64,000 nucleotides of DNA from a virus: IMG/VR virus record IMGVR_UViG_3300045051_000531, one strand, 5' to 3'. The notes under the pieces are model-generated. The model was not told the origin of the DNA, searched no databases, and was given only the letters and a program-made list of their open reading frames with translations. This document shows, one piece after another, positions 17,399-26,807 of this stretch. Each line of letters begins with the position of its first letter. Within the stretch, counting starts at the first letter, position 1. The position numbers and the translations under genes are program-made.

Positions 17399-17598
17399 GC
17401 CGCGTTCTGAAGCCGTGTCCGTGCTGTGCCTGCAAGACGGTGTACGTGCTCACGGACATGAGCAACTCAGTACCCGCTAGGGTGATCGGTGGCGGCGTCC
17501 GCTGTGGCCGTTGCAAGCTCCAGATCGATAGAAGTACTCCAGCTGCGGCCATCAAGGCCTGGAACAGGAGACCCCGTGGAACTCGTCGTCGACGCTGA
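17395..17598 (+). CDS. Lar (restriction alleviation) family-like protein
   Basis: LKPCPCC ... CGRC ... AIKAWNRR. Confidence 0.6.
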   Translation: MSRVLKPCPCCACKTVYVLTDMSNSVPARVIGGGVRCGRCKLQIDRSTPAAAIKAWNRRPRGTRRRR

Positions 17599-17788
17599 TC
17601 GTCTCAAGTACGACGATCTCACCAAGATCTATGTGCGAGCCAAGGACCCCGACGGCAAATACGGGACCTTCGATATCGCCACGCTCACCAAGGCGTCGCT
17701 CAAGGAATGGCTCCTGAGCCGCAACGATGCTCTCTGGCAGGCCAACGTGGTCGCCGTCATCCTGGGCCACGGGCAATTCGATAAATGA
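17576..17788 (+). CDS. hypothetical protein
   Basis: GTG after AGGAG. Confidence 0.65.
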   Translation: MELVVDADRLKYDDLTKIYVRAKDPDGKYGTFDIATLTKASLKEWLLSRNDALWQANVVAVILGHGQFDK

Positions 17789-17931
17789 GTCGGACCAAGA
17801 AGGGCGCCAAGGGCCCCGGGTACGAGTACTGGGGGAAGCGGCCGGGGCCCAGAGACCCCGGCCGGTACTCCAAGACACAGACGCATCGCGCCGAGAGGCG
17901 CGCAGCCAAACGCATAAAGGAGGCCGACTAA
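17785..17931 (+). CDS. small basic protein (48 aa, not in ORF track)
   Basis: MSRTKKGAKGPGYEYWGKRP...THRAERRAAKRIKEAD; ATGA and TAATG overlaps. Confidence 0.7.
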   Translation: MSRTKKGAKGPGYEYWGKRPGPRDPGRYSKTQTHRAERRAAKRIKEAD

Positions 17932-18197
17932 TGGCCACGAAAACCACGAAGCGGAAGCCACTGACCACCAAGATCCGCGTCGACAAGGGCTTCGGTGACG
18001 TCACCGGGGATCGCAACAAGATCCGGATCGCTGGCACCTGCATCGACGACGTCGCCCTCAACGCGCGCGACGTCACCATGACGATCTCGTTCCAGGAGAC
18101 CGGCCCGGTGCTGGTGACCTACGACACCGACGGCAACATCCTGCGCTCCGGCAAGTTCACCTGGTCCGAGATCACGTCGCGTCTCGACGTCAAGTGA
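17931..18197 (+). CDS. hypothetical protein
   Basis: ATG after AAGGAGG. Confidence 0.75.
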   Translation: MATKTTKRKPLTTKIRVDKGFGDVTGDRNKIRIAGTCIDDVALNARDVTMTISFQETGPVLVTYDTDGNILRSGKFTWSEITSRLDVK

Positions 18198-18919
18198 CCC
18201 CGGAGGTCCGAGCGGATGACATCAGCAATCACCCGGTGTGCCAGAGCTGCCGGGGGATCTGCTGTGTCCGTTTTCAGATCTTGGTTGGCCTGACCCCGGA
18301 TGGTACCCCGGACTGGGATCGCAATGCCAGGGTTTGCAATGTGCCCGACGTCGAACGGGACTTCATCAAGCAGCATTTCGTTCCGATCAAGCCGCCTGGT
18401 GGATTCACGGAGATCGCTGGTAGGGCGTCCGATGGTGTCGAGCTCAGGCAGATGTGGTTCACGTGCCTGGCGTTCAAGGATGGGAAGTGCTCGAAGTACG
18501 AGCAGCGCCCCAGGGTCTGCAGTACGCATCTCTGCGAGCCAGCTGAGAGATACGGGCTGAACCCGGAGCTCTTCATCGAGACCGGTTGGGAGCCCGGGAA
18601 GGCGTATCGGTACGCCCAGTTGTTCCCCGGGCTATACGATCTGAATCGCGGTGTCCCGCCGGAGCTCGGGACCGAGCTCGGTCCAGTTGATGCCGTGGGT
18701 TATTCCGCGGCGTCAGCCAAGTTACGCGAGGCCATCGATGCTGAACTCGAAACCCGAGTTGTGGCTGCTATGGAACGAGCTGGGATCTCAGGTGGGATTC
18801 CAGATCTGCTCAAGTTGATCAAGGAGCGCGGAGACGCGTACCACAAAGCCCGTATGACCAAGTGGCTCCCCATCGCCGTTGAGGCGGCCACAGAACCGAA
18901 TGCACAGGAGGTCAGATGA
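18194..18919 (+). CDS. YkgJ/UPF0153-like Cys-cluster protein
   Basis: CQSCRGICC ... CLAFKDGKCSKYEQRPRVC. Confidence 0.72.
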   Translation: MTPEVRADDISNHPVCQSCRGICCVRFQILVGLTPDGTPDWDRNARVCNVPDVERDFIKQHFVPIKPPGGFTEIAGRASDGVELRQMWFTCLAFKDGKCSKYEQRPRVCSTHLCEPAERYGLNPELFIETGWEPGKAYRYAQLFPGLYDLNRGVPPELGTELGPVDAVGYSAASAKLREAIDAELETRVVAAMERAGISGGIPDLLKLIKERGDAYHKARMTKWLPIAVEAATEPNAQEVR

Positions 18920-20088
18920 CCAAGTCCAAAGCTGCTTTTTTGCTCGAAGAGGAGCCCAGTTCCAAGGATGACGATGCCGAGACCAAGGAGGCCAAGGCTT
19001 CCGCGGATCCTCGTTACGTTGGGATCTGGGTCCGCAGCGGTTCCCAGTTCGACATCTACGCTCCGGCCGTGGGCACCAAGCTGGAGCCCGCGACGTACGT
19101 CGTCCAGGCCGCCCCGATGCGCGGGTTCTACCTGGAGCTCCTCGCCGATCTGCCTGTCCCGACTCGGATCTACGGCATCAACCATGCCGAGCGGATCATG
19201 AGGTCCTACAGGAGCCGTGCCGAACAGGGCACCTCGACGGGTGTCTGGCTCAACGGGGAGAAGGGTTCCGGGAAGACCATGCTGGCTTCCGTGCTGTCCA
19301 AGATGGGCCGCGAGCTCGGGCTCCCCACGGTGCTCGTCCAGACGCCCTACACGGGTCCCGGGTTCAACGCGCTCATCGAGCATCTCGGCCAGGCCGTCGT
19401 GGTCTTCGATGAGTTCGAGAAGGTCTACAGCGAGGACGGCCACAAGGACGGCCTCCTGACGATGTTCGCTGGCTCCGTCGTGGCCAAGCATCTCTACGTC
19501 GTCACGACGAACTCGGACTGGAAGGTGTCCGAGGCGATGCGGAATCGCCCCGGGCGGATGCGCTACTTCATCGACTACAAGGGGGTCAGCGAGGACGTCG
19601 TCCAGGACTACCTCAACGAGCGCCTCAAGGACAAGTCGGTGATGAAGGAGCTCGTCAAGGCGCTGGCGGCAGTTCCGGAGTGCAACTTCGACATCCTGAT
19701 GGCAGCTGTCGAGGAGCACAACATGTTCGGCGGATCCGTCGCGGATCTCCTTGCCATCATGAACATCAACCGGCGTGCCCGTACGATCTACAAGATCACT
19801 TACGTCGGAAAGGATGGCGACGGGGAACACATCGAGGGTACCGGCGAATGGACCGGTGAGCTCGATGATCTCCTCCACGGCAGCGAGTCCACCGATGAAG
19901 GTCACGTCATGTTCGGGGTCAGGTACCGGAACGCGGCTGGCAAGTCCTGCCATACGCATGTCATGTTCGAGGCCCCCGATGTGCCCGAGTTCGACGAACT
20001 CGGTGGCATCGTTCTCCGTAACACCAGTGGTGTTGCAGTGCTCCGTCAGCGGTACAGCGGTTTCAGCAAGTACCGGCAACAGTTCTGA
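18916..20088 (+). CDS. AAA+ ATPase
   Basis: Walker A GEKGSGKT, Walker B VVVFDEFEK, NRPGRMRY arginine finger. Confidence 0.9.
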   Translation: MTKSKAAFLLEEEPSSKDDDAETKEAKASADPRYVGIWVRSGSQFDIYAPAVGTKLEPATYVVQAAPMRGFYLELLADLPVPTRIYGINHAERIMRSYRSRAEQGTSTGVWLNGEKGSGKTMLASVLSKMGRELGLPTVLVQTPYTGPGFNALIEHLGQAVVVFDEFEKVYSEDGHKDGLLTMFAGSVVAKHLYVVTTNSDWKVSEAMRNRPGRMRYFIDYKGVSEDVVQDYLNERLKDKSVMKELVKALAAVPECNFDILMAAVEEHNMFGGSVADLLAIMNINRRARTIYKITYVGKDGDGEHIEGTGEWTGELDDLLHGSESTDEGHVMFGVRYRNAAGKSCHTHVMFEAPDVPEFDELGGIVLRNTSGVAVLRQRYSGFSKYRQQF

Positions 20089-20106
20089 TAACTACAGAAG
20101 GAACAC

Positions 20107-20727
20107 ATGAAAAGCTTTTATCCCACCGTGGCCCAGTTGCTCGCAATCGAGACGCTCGCGATCAGAAAGGCGGAGATCGCGGCTCGGCATCTCGACAAGA
20201 TCAGCAAGGCTGCCGCGGCCAAGAAGCCCAAGAAGGGCGCCAGCACCGGCGGCCCGGATATCCAGAAGGTCGTCGCCGCTATCAACGACTTCGACGAGGA
20301 CCGCCGGGACCTGGTTGCCAAGCTGATGTCGGCTGCTCTCGGGAAGCCTGAGATCGTCGACATGATCGACAAGGACGGCGGCAGCTCGGAGGCCAGAGCC
20401 GCTCCGATCCCAGGGTTCTTCTCGAAGGCTGGTCGCTGGGCCCTCGGCGTCGCCGTGGTCCCCCTGGAGTGTAACAACGATCACGACTACGATCTCAACG
20501 AGGTTGTCTTCATGTCGGGTAACTCCGATGATCAGGGCTACCGGGTTGACTCCGATGGCGAGTTCAACCCAGGCAACAGCCTCGGCGATACGGAGGGCGC
20601 CTGGCGCCCCGCCACGGTTGCCGAGATCAAGTCGGTCATCGAGAACGTCCGGGATCGAATCCAGGAAACCGACAACGAGTGGAACGCCAGGAACCCGTTC
20701 GGCTCCGCGTTGACGGAGTCCGACTAA
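20107..20727 (+). CDS. hypothetical protein
   Basis: 206 aa, AGAAGGA RBS. Confidence 0.8.
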   Translation: MKSFYPTVAQLLAIETLAIRKAEIAARHLDKISKAAAAKKPKKGASTGGPDIQKVVAAINDFDEDRRDLVAKLMSAALGKPEIVDMIDKDGGSSEARAAPIPGFFSKAGRWALGVAVVPLECNNDHDYDLNEVVFMSGNSDDQGYRVDSDGEFNPGNSLGDTEGAWRPATVAEIKSVIENVRDRIQETDNEWNARNPFGSALTESD

Positions 20728-21209
20728 TGGCCACGTACTGCGCCGCTCCGAGGCGTACGCTGAAGCATGGTGACCTGGTCAAGTTCATCGTGGACGGACA
20801 GGAGGTCCAGTACCGAGTCTGTACCGAGCACCTCGAGAACCCGTACGGACCGAACTGCAAGATATTCGATATGCTGAAGCTCGGCCGTGGTGCGATTGCA
20901 CAGGAAGCTTATGGGTACTACACGGATGACTCATCGGGCTGGCCGGGGTCGCACAACCGGGACTACGCGGCGTTGACCAGGCTTGTCAGGCTCCTGTTCG
21001 ACAAGATCAAGAAGCACAACGCTCGTCCGACTACGAAGGAGTACTGCCGGAGGCGCAAGCTCCCGGCTCGTTTTGCCGAGGTCGTCGAGTTCTTCAGGAA
21101 GAACAACTTCGGGTGCCAGAACGGGGCGGCACAGAGCCTCATGGAGGCCTACTTCGGTTGCTCCGTCAAGATCACCAGTATCCTGCCGGAGACCAGATCG
21201 GCCAGGTAA
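20727..21209 (+). CDS. hypothetical protein (paralog of 24060..24650)
   Basis: TAATG overlap; shared L..GD.V.F.V/N.KI.D/WP/LF..I pattern. Confidence 0.75.
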   Translation: MATYCAAPRRTLKHGDLVKFIVDGQEVQYRVCTEHLENPYGPNCKIFDMLKLGRGAIAQEAYGYYTDDSSGWPGSHNRDYAALTRLVRLLFDKIKKHNARPTTKEYCRRRKLPARFAEVVEFFRKNNFGCQNGAAQSLMEAYFGCSVKITSILPETRSAR

Positions 21210-21210
21210 C

Positions 21211-21411
21211 ATGAACGTCCTCCTGAAGTTCGACTGCCAGACCTGCAAGTACACCGAGGACATCGGTGTCGACGTCGCCTGTGGCGTCGTCATCCAGGGA
21301 ACCGTTACCGTGATCTGTCCGAGGTGCGGCCACATCATCATCGTCAAGGATATCATCGCGGCCGTACCGGTTCGGTTCAAGCTGGAGCACAGGAAGGAGG
21401 ACGACGCATGA
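21211..21411 (+). CDS. Zn-ribbon protein
   Basis: CQTC ... CPRCGH. Confidence 0.7.
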   Translation: MNVLLKFDCQTCKYTEDIGVDVACGVVIQGTVTVICPRCGHIIIVKDIIAAVPVRFKLEHRKEDDA

Positions 21412-21599
21412 ACGCGATACAAGAGGCCCGCGAGGCCATGTTGAAGATCTGGCCTCGCGGGAAGGACTGCGAGCACGTCCACGCCAAGGAAGCCTTCGAG
21501 GCCTTGGACCGTGCCGACAAGGTGCACGACGAGCTCAAACAGCGTTACGAAGAGCTCAGGCGGCAGTACAACGAGCTCCCAGCATGTCAGCGGCTGTAA
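21408..21599 (+). CDS. hypothetical protein
   Basis: ATGA overlap, GGAGG RBS. Confidence 0.65.
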   Translation: MNAIQEAREAMLKIWPRGKDCEHVHAKEAFEALDRADKVHDELKQRYEELRRQYNELPACQRL

Positions 21600-21862
21600 G
21601 CCACTGGCGCGACCGGATCACGGTTCGGGTCCGCAAGCTGCCTGGCCGTGAGGAATGGCGATGCACGGTAACGTATCCCAAGCACAAGGCCGATAACTAC
21701 CGTGGTGGGAGGCACTGCAGCGCTGCGACTCCGGCTGAAGCGATCATCGGAGCCCTGGAGCATCTCAAGCAGCGGCTCATCAAGCGGGTCACCTTCCGTC
21801 CCCCGAGGAGGCCGCGTGCCAGACAAGCCGATGCCTGCACTCCCGTGGCCACCGGGAACTGA
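21584..21862 (+). CDS. hypothetical basic protein
   Basis: 92 aa in gene chain. Confidence 0.55.
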   Translation: MSAAVSHWRDRITVRVRKLPGREEWRCTVTYPKHKADNYRGGRHCSAATPAEAIIGALEHLKQRLIKRVTFRPPRRPRARQADACTPVATGN

Positions 21863-22061
21863 TCCAGCGATAGCGTTTCAACGGGAACTCATCAAGGCTA
21901 TGGCGCCGCGCCCACACGGTGGCGACCATAGCCCCAATGAGTTCTGTTGTAGGGATCCAGCCACAGGAGAGCCCCTGACGTACGGGGAGCTCCTGGAGAG
22001 GTACTCCGTGGCGATGCTCATCATCGCTGAAGTTGAAGCCCGAGCTAAAGGAGGCCCATGA
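21816..22061 (+). CDS. hypothetical protein
   Basis: GTG after GAGGAGG. Confidence 0.55.
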   Translation: MPDKPMPALPWPPGTDPAIAFQRELIKAMAPRPHGGDHSPNEFCCRDPATGEPLTYGELLERYSVAMLIIAEVEARAKGGP

Positions 22062-22648
22062 AGACTACCGCAGGTATCGAGTACGGCCTTCACGCCAGGC
22101 TGTACGGTAAGTACAGGCATGCCAGGAACCGGGCTCTCCATGGGCCCGGTTCGTTCTGGCGTCGCAAGCACTGGGCTCATGTAGCCAATGCCATCTTCAT
22201 CAGGTATCCCTGGGCGGCTCAGCCGCCGAGGTATGAGATCCGGTTCGACCGGATCCAGATGCCTAAGATCGCTGGCGGCTTCCCGACAGCGGATCTCAGA
22301 GCCATCCTGACCGCCGAGGAGAACTCCTTTATGCAAGCAGCCGGAGTACCGGAGCCCATGCTGGTGTACCGGGAGCCCACTCCCGAGGAGATCGCTGAGC
22401 ACGACCGTATCGCAGCCTGGGAGCGCCAGGGTAAGCTGCATCCCGGTGTTCAGGGGAGATCCACGAAGATCACCCGTGAGGAGTACCTCAAGGGACGCAC
22501 GGATCCCAAGATCCTGGAGCTCCTCGACAAGAACCCCATGGCGACGCTCTACTGGTACGATGACATCAGGTTCCTCAGCGGCACCGCGGGTTACGCGGTG
22601 GTCCTCAACGGGAAGTGCCTGGGTCGCCAGGTCATCAGGATGTCATGA
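22058..22648 (+). CDS. hypothetical protein
   Basis: 196 aa, AAAGGAGG RBS. Confidence 0.75.
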   Translation: MKTTAGIEYGLHARLYGKYRHARNRALHGPGSFWRRKHWAHVANAIFIRYPWAAQPPRYEIRFDRIQMPKIAGGFPTADLRAILTAEENSFMQAAGVPEPMLVYREPTPEEIAEHDRIAAWERQGKLHPGVQGRSTKITREEYLKGRTDPKILELLDKNPMATLYWYDDIRFLSGTAGYAVVLNGKCLGRQVIRMS

Positions 22649-22682
22649 ACCCGTCTATCACCACAACATCGGAGGATACTCC

Positions 22683-23687
22683 ATGACAGCCGTACTCCCA
22701 AACATTGAGAACTGGGTGAATCTCACGACCGAAGAACGGAACCTGCTCTGCCAGGCTGACCGTGCCACCCGGCCTGCCAATGAAAAGGAGGCGCAGGCCT
22801 GGTTCAGTGCTCGATACGACGCCTGTGAAGCTCTCCTCAAGCCTTACATCATGGGCCTCGGACAGTTCAAAGTCATCGCGGCCCACAAGCATGGGATGAG
22901 TGACTCCAAGGAGAAGTGGTACCACGAGCATCTCGTGGAATCCATTGTCCACGCGATGGTCGGAAGGCTCTGGGTCATGCAGCCACCGGTTGTCCAGGAG
23001 CTGATCGACAAGCACAAGGCCGGCGAGACGATCGAGCTGATCGGCTGCGAAGTGCTGCGGTGCTGGGCCTGTGGTGAGTCCAGTAGCATCATCGAGATGA
23101 AGGGGAACACCCTGAAGCCGCTGCAGTACCAGCACCCTGGGTCACTGAAGGACTTCCGTCACGTCGAGTTGGATGAGTGTCCCATCGACCCGAAGCTGCC
23201 GTACAGCGTTGAGATCAACATCCCAAGCGGTGAGATGGTAGTGGCCAACCACTTCAGCTCGCTGTTTGATGAGATCAAAGATCGGTACTCGGCGGAGAAG
23301 AGCATCAACTTCCTGTGGGGCCGTAAGAACTGCACCGAGGAGTACGCCAAGCAGGGCTACATCGAGATGAACATCGGGAACTGCTCGTGCCGGATGTACC
23401 AGATGAACAAAGCAGGCACCAAGTTCGTCATGGGGGCCTCGGACTGTGTCAGGGGCCGCAAGCCGGTCGCCAACGTCTGCACCGACTTCTGGGGCTACGG
23501 CATCACGGATAGGCAGCTAGCGCTGAAGAACGGTCTCGAAGCCATGATGAAGGATCGTCCCCACATGGATGTCGACGTCGTGAAGTGCAAGCCAGGTCGT
23601 TATCGGTTCACTCACCGCTACCACCTCTGCCGTGAAGATGAACGTGGCATCTATACCCACATTGAGTGGGTCGGGGAGACCGCATGA
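22683..23687 (+). CDS. hypothetical protein
   Basis: ATG after GGAGG; 334 aa. Confidence 0.8.
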   Translation: MTAVLPNIENWVNLTTEERNLLCQADRATRPANEKEAQAWFSARYDACEALLKPYIMGLGQFKVIAAHKHGMSDSKEKWYHEHLVESIVHAMVGRLWVMQPPVVQELIDKHKAGETIELIGCEVLRCWACGESSSIIEMKGNTLKPLQYQHPGSLKDFRHVELDECPIDPKLPYSVEINIPSGEMVVANHFSSLFDEIKDRYSAEKSINFLWGRKNCTEEYAKQGYIEMNIGNCSCRMYQMNKAGTKFVMGASDCVRGRKPVANVCTDFWGYGITDRQLALKNGLEAMMKDRPHMDVDVVKCKPGRYRFTHRYHLCREDERGIYTHIEWVGETA

Positions 23688-23860
23688 AATCTATTCTCGT
23701 TCTAGGGGTACTGATCCCAGTTCTCATGTATGTCGTTGTGGCTGGGATCGCCTGGCAGTTCAGGAATCCACTGGCTAACCGGGCCACCTTTTGGACGCAT
23801 CTCCCTGAAGCGCTGACGTTTCAGAAGATGCCATATTTCCAGATCAAGGAGGACCAGTGA
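23684..23860 (+). CDS. small membrane protein
   Basis: Hydrophobic N-terminal helix. Confidence 0.6.
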   Translation: MKSILVLGVLIPVLMYVVVAGIAWQFRNPLANRATFWTHLPEALTFQKMPYFQIKEDQ

Positions 23861-24057
23861 GTACTCCCGACGGCAACCCTGACGGTTCCGAACAGCTCGA
23901 GGCCGTCAGTATTCGCGTCGAAGCTGTTCCCGGTGCACTGCGGTTCATGAAGAACAACACTGGGATCCAGGCCGCTGACCGGGTACTTCTGGAAACCGCT
24001 GCTCAGGTGATCGAACAGCTCGTCAAGGACATCAAACAACTAAAACAGAAGAGGTAA
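23857..24057 (+). CDS. hypothetical protein
   Basis: GTGA overlap, AAGGAGG RBS. Confidence 0.6.
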   Translation: MSTPDGNPDGSEQLEAVSIRVEAVPGALRFMKNNTGIQAADRVLLETAAQVIEQLVKDIKQLKQKR

Positions 24058-24059
24058 CT

Positions 24060-24650
24060 GTGCCCGTCTACCGGAACTCCAAGGAGCTCGGCTCCAACGT
24101 GCTCGCCAAGGGCGACGCCGTCATTTTCGACGTCAGATCGGAGATCAAGTTGTTCGGATTCCAGATCCGTGAAGGCGTCACCCACGTCTACACCGTGACG
24201 GTCGACGACGACAAGTCGGTGTTCCTGAAGCATCGGGATGGCGGTAGCTATAACCGGAAGATCTGGGATGACATCGGGGTCGGTAGTCACCGGCTCCAGA
24301 TTGCGTCAGCCATCGTCGGGAAGCCGTCGATCACTGACAGGAACTGGCCATGCGGCAGGGACTGGAACCTGGTCGATCAGACCAAGGTGGTATACGCCCT
24401 GTTCGAGCACATCGAGGGCATCAAGGACATCTCGGACGGTCTCGCGGAGAAGCGGGTCAAGATGCAGGACGAGCTCAAGAGGAAGATCGCGGAGCCCAGG
24501 ACCGTGGATCGCGTCGCCGTGGTCAAGGCGTTCGCGAAGGGTGACTGGGGGTGCCAGAAGAACTCCGTGACTGAGCTCGTCGCGGCCCTGATCGGGTTTA
24601 CCTCGGAGGAGCTCGTCGAGGCCAGCCAGCATATCGAGGTCTACACGTAA
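24060..24650 (+). CDS. hypothetical protein (paralog of 20727..21209)
   Basis: 196 aa; shared motif pattern. Confidence 0.75.
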   Translation: MPVYRNSKELGSNVLAKGDAVIFDVRSEIKLFGFQIREGVTHVYTVTVDDDKSVFLKHRDGGSYNRKIWDDIGVGSHRLQIASAIVGKPSITDRNWPCGRDWNLVDQTKVVYALFEHIEGIKDISDGLAEKRVKMQDELKRKIAEPRTVDRVAVVKAFAKGDWGCQKNSVTELVAALIGFTSEELVEASQHIEVYT

Positions 24651-24656
24651 GGCACC

Positions 24657-24842
24657 ATGGACCGAGCCCCGGCTCCTGCCAGAGATCTCGATATCTTCGC
24701 TCCGCTACGGAACCAGTGGCTCCGGTGGAGACACGGTTCCGTAGCGGAGCGGGAAGACATGGTCAGATTAGCCAAGAAGTTCCCGGAGATCCTGCAGGGG
24801 CAACGGCTTCGGGATCTCTGGCTCGGCTTCAATACCGACTAA
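24657..24842 (+). CDS. hypothetical protein
   Basis: 61 aa filling gap. Confidence 0.5.
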   Translation: MDRAPAPARDLDIFAPLRNQWLRWRHGSVAEREDMVRLAKKFPEILQGQRLRDLWLGFNTD

Positions 24843-24860
24843 CACAGAAAGCGAGGCGAA

Positions 24861-25055
24861 ATGGCTAACCCGGAACCCGAGAACCACTGCCCGAACGACA
24901 ACCGGGCCAAGATCGAGGCGGCGTGCCGTCGCTGGTGGGACTGCCCTGACGTGGGTGGTAAGCGTATCGCCACCAGAGGGTGGGATGAGATCCCCGAGGA
25001 GTGGAAGCACGACTACCGGCGCCGCATGGCAGCTGCTCTGGAGCTCCTCGGATGA
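24861..25055 (+). CDS. hypothetical protein
   Basis: WDEIPEEWKHDYRRRMAAAL. Confidence 0.65.
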   Translation: MANPEPENHCPNDNRAKIEAACRRWWDCPDVGGKRIATRGWDEIPEEWKHDYRRRMAAALELLG

Positions 25056-25210
25056 CCTGTCGGATCACGAAGCACGGCGACGTCGTGATCATTGCCTGTA
25101 GCAATATCTCGGTGCTGCAGCGCTGGCCGAAGCGGCTGCCCAATGGGGCCCAGAACATCACGTACAAGCAGGCCGTCCGGTTACGCGACAGGCCTAGGAA
25201 GGACACATGA
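25052..25210 (+). CDS. hypothetical protein
   Basis: ATGA overlaps on both sides. Confidence 0.5.
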   Translation: MTCRITKHGDVVIIACSNISVLQRWPKRLPNGAQNITYKQAVRLRDRPRKDT

Positions 25211-25452
25211 CCGAAGCTGAGGAGATCGAGCTCAAGGAGCTCCGGGCCTTCAAGGCCAAGGTGGAGCCCGTGATCCAGAACATCCTCGATATCCTGTACT
25301 GGGATCCGGACCGGGGCTGCTATGACCCCGACTATGAATGGTCCCAGGACGAGATCGAGTACGTCGACGCCGAGATCCTGAAGCTGTACAGGAAGCCCAA
25401 GCTGGGCACCACGGCGTACCCCAAGCTGAAGCTGGGGCGGCGATGCCGGTAG
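25207..25452 (+). CDS. hypothetical protein
   Basis: 81 aa, GC3-rich. Confidence 0.7.
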   Translation: MTEAEEIELKELRAFKAKVEPVIQNILDILYWDPDRGCYDPDYEWSQDEIEYVDAEILKLYRKPKLGTTAYPKLKLGRRCR

Positions 25453-25694
25453 CCCAGTTCCGAGGCCACCAGGTCACCGTTGTCGCCATGCCTGGGAAAG
25501 AGCTCAAGCCGGGGACCCCTGAGGAACAGATGCAGCGAACCGATGTCGCCTTGGAGATATACGTAGCTGGGGCCGGGCCTATCTTTGCCGATCGCAACGG
25601 CTGGTCTGGAGGGCTCTACAAGGTCAACCGGATCGCGTCACCGTTTTCAAACCTGCAGGCTGCCCTGCACTACTTCGGGAAGGACACCGCATGA
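25443..25694 (+). CDS. hypothetical protein
   Basis: Internal ATG 25443. Confidence 0.6.
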   Translation: MPVAQFRGHQVTVVAMPGKELKPGTPEEQMQRTDVALEIYVAGAGPIFADRNGWSGGLYKVNRIASPFSNLQAALHYFGKDTA

Positions 25695-25945
25695 GCTTAC
25701 GACCAGAGGGTTGTGGCCGTACTCTGGGGCACGGGGAGACCTGCTGTCCTGGACACCTTTGCGACGCCTGTGGTCGAGATTACAGGCCGCCGGAGGGGAA
25801 CCCCGCTGGCTGCAGGCGCACCATGGGGCACGGGGAGACCTGCGGCCCCGGTAATCTCTGTGATGACTGCGCCCCGCTGAGTTCTGTTCACCGCGTCCGT
25901 GGTGAAACCGAGATCGTGATAACCGTTAAAGTGCGAGATAGATAG
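25691..25945 (+). CDS. Cys/His tandem-repeat metal-binding-like protein
   Basis: GCxRTxGHGETCxPGxLCDxC twice. Confidence 0.7.
   Translation: MSLRPEGCGRTLGHGETCCPGHLCDACGRDYRPPEGNPAGCRRTMGHGETCGPGNLCDDCAPLSSVHRVRGETEIVITVKVRDR
25725..25843 (+). repeat. 20-nt exact direct repeat (coding)
   Basis: TGGGGCACGGGGAGACCTGC at 25725 and 25824, 99 nt apart. Confidence 0.9.
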
Positions 25946-25954
25946 GAGGCCCAT

Positions 25955-26233
25955 ATGGCGAAACCCAAGAAGCCGAAAGGCAAGTTGATCTGGATCGAAC
26001 AGAAGCGAGTGGAGAACCGGTTCTTCCTTGTCGAGGTACACCCTGAGGCAAGCGAAGACGACATCCTGCATCTGTTCGAGCGGCATCATCTCGCCGAAGA
26101 CCATGAACCGGATATCGTCAACGACGATCTGCCAGAGTTCAATATGGCCCGCAAGAAGGTGACCGCAGCGGATCGGAGATCGTTCAAGAACGGGGCCGTC
26201 GGGCTTGAACTCGTCGAGCTGACGAAGCCATGA
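25955..26233 (+). CDS. hypothetical protein
   Basis: AGGAGG RBS. Confidence 0.75.
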   Translation: MAKPKKPKGKLIWIEQKRVENRFFLVEVHPEASEDDILHLFERHHLAEDHEPDIVNDDLPEFNMARKKVTAADRRSFKNGAVGLELVELTKP

Positions 26234-26571
26234 CCCCCGAGAAGCTGACGAGGTCGCTGGTCGAAGGCGGCCTGAAGTCCTTGCTGGTCACGATCAACGC
26301 GTTCGAAGGTCTCGACATGCGGGACTCCGTCAGGCATGCCCGTGAAGCCTTGGACCACTTCATCGCTGGGCTCGCGCTCCTAGATGCCTACGGCTACGGG
26401 GTCAAGCCTGGTCTCCAGACGCTCGACAAGGTCTTCGTCAAGGCGGGCTGGGACAACAACGGGCTCCGCTGGGACCTCGCTCCTCGGAGCTACAAGGTCC
26501 CCAGGGAGCTCTATCGTATCCAGATCGTGGAGTTCCTGAACAAAGAGAAGACAGCCTGGAAGAAGGCATGA
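26230..26571 (+). CDS. hypothetical protein
   Basis: ATGA overlaps. Confidence 0.75.
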   Translation: MTPEKLTRSLVEGGLKSLLVTINAFEGLDMRDSVRHAREALDHFIAGLALLDAYGYGVKPGLQTLDKVFVKAGWDNNGLRWDLAPRSYKVPRELYRIQIVEFLNKEKTAWKKA

Positions 26572-26807
26572 GCAAGAAGGTTCTCTGCGTTATCGATGTC
26601 ACCACGGGAACCGTGGTGGCTGCCGATAACCTGTTCGTTGTTCAGGCCTCTGAGACCGCGGTACGTCGGGCCGAGAGCAACGATGCCGCCGCTTACGCGT
26701 TAGCTATGAAATCAGGGCGGTATATCGATATTGAGGTACTGCAGGGGATCGTCGATCGGAAGTCCATTCAGGAGGTCCTCAAGAAGCTCAAGCCGGAGGC
26801 CACATGA
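26568..26807 (+). CDS. hypothetical protein
   Basis: ATGA overlaps. Confidence 0.65.
   Translation: MSKKVLCVIDVTTGTVVAADNLFVVQASETAVRRAESNDAAAYALAMKSGRYIDIEVLQGIVDRKSIQEVLKKLKPEAT

Noticed and set aside
25725-25843. Mini CRISPR array
   Set aside because: Only two copies, in frame within a protein repeat; no cas genes.
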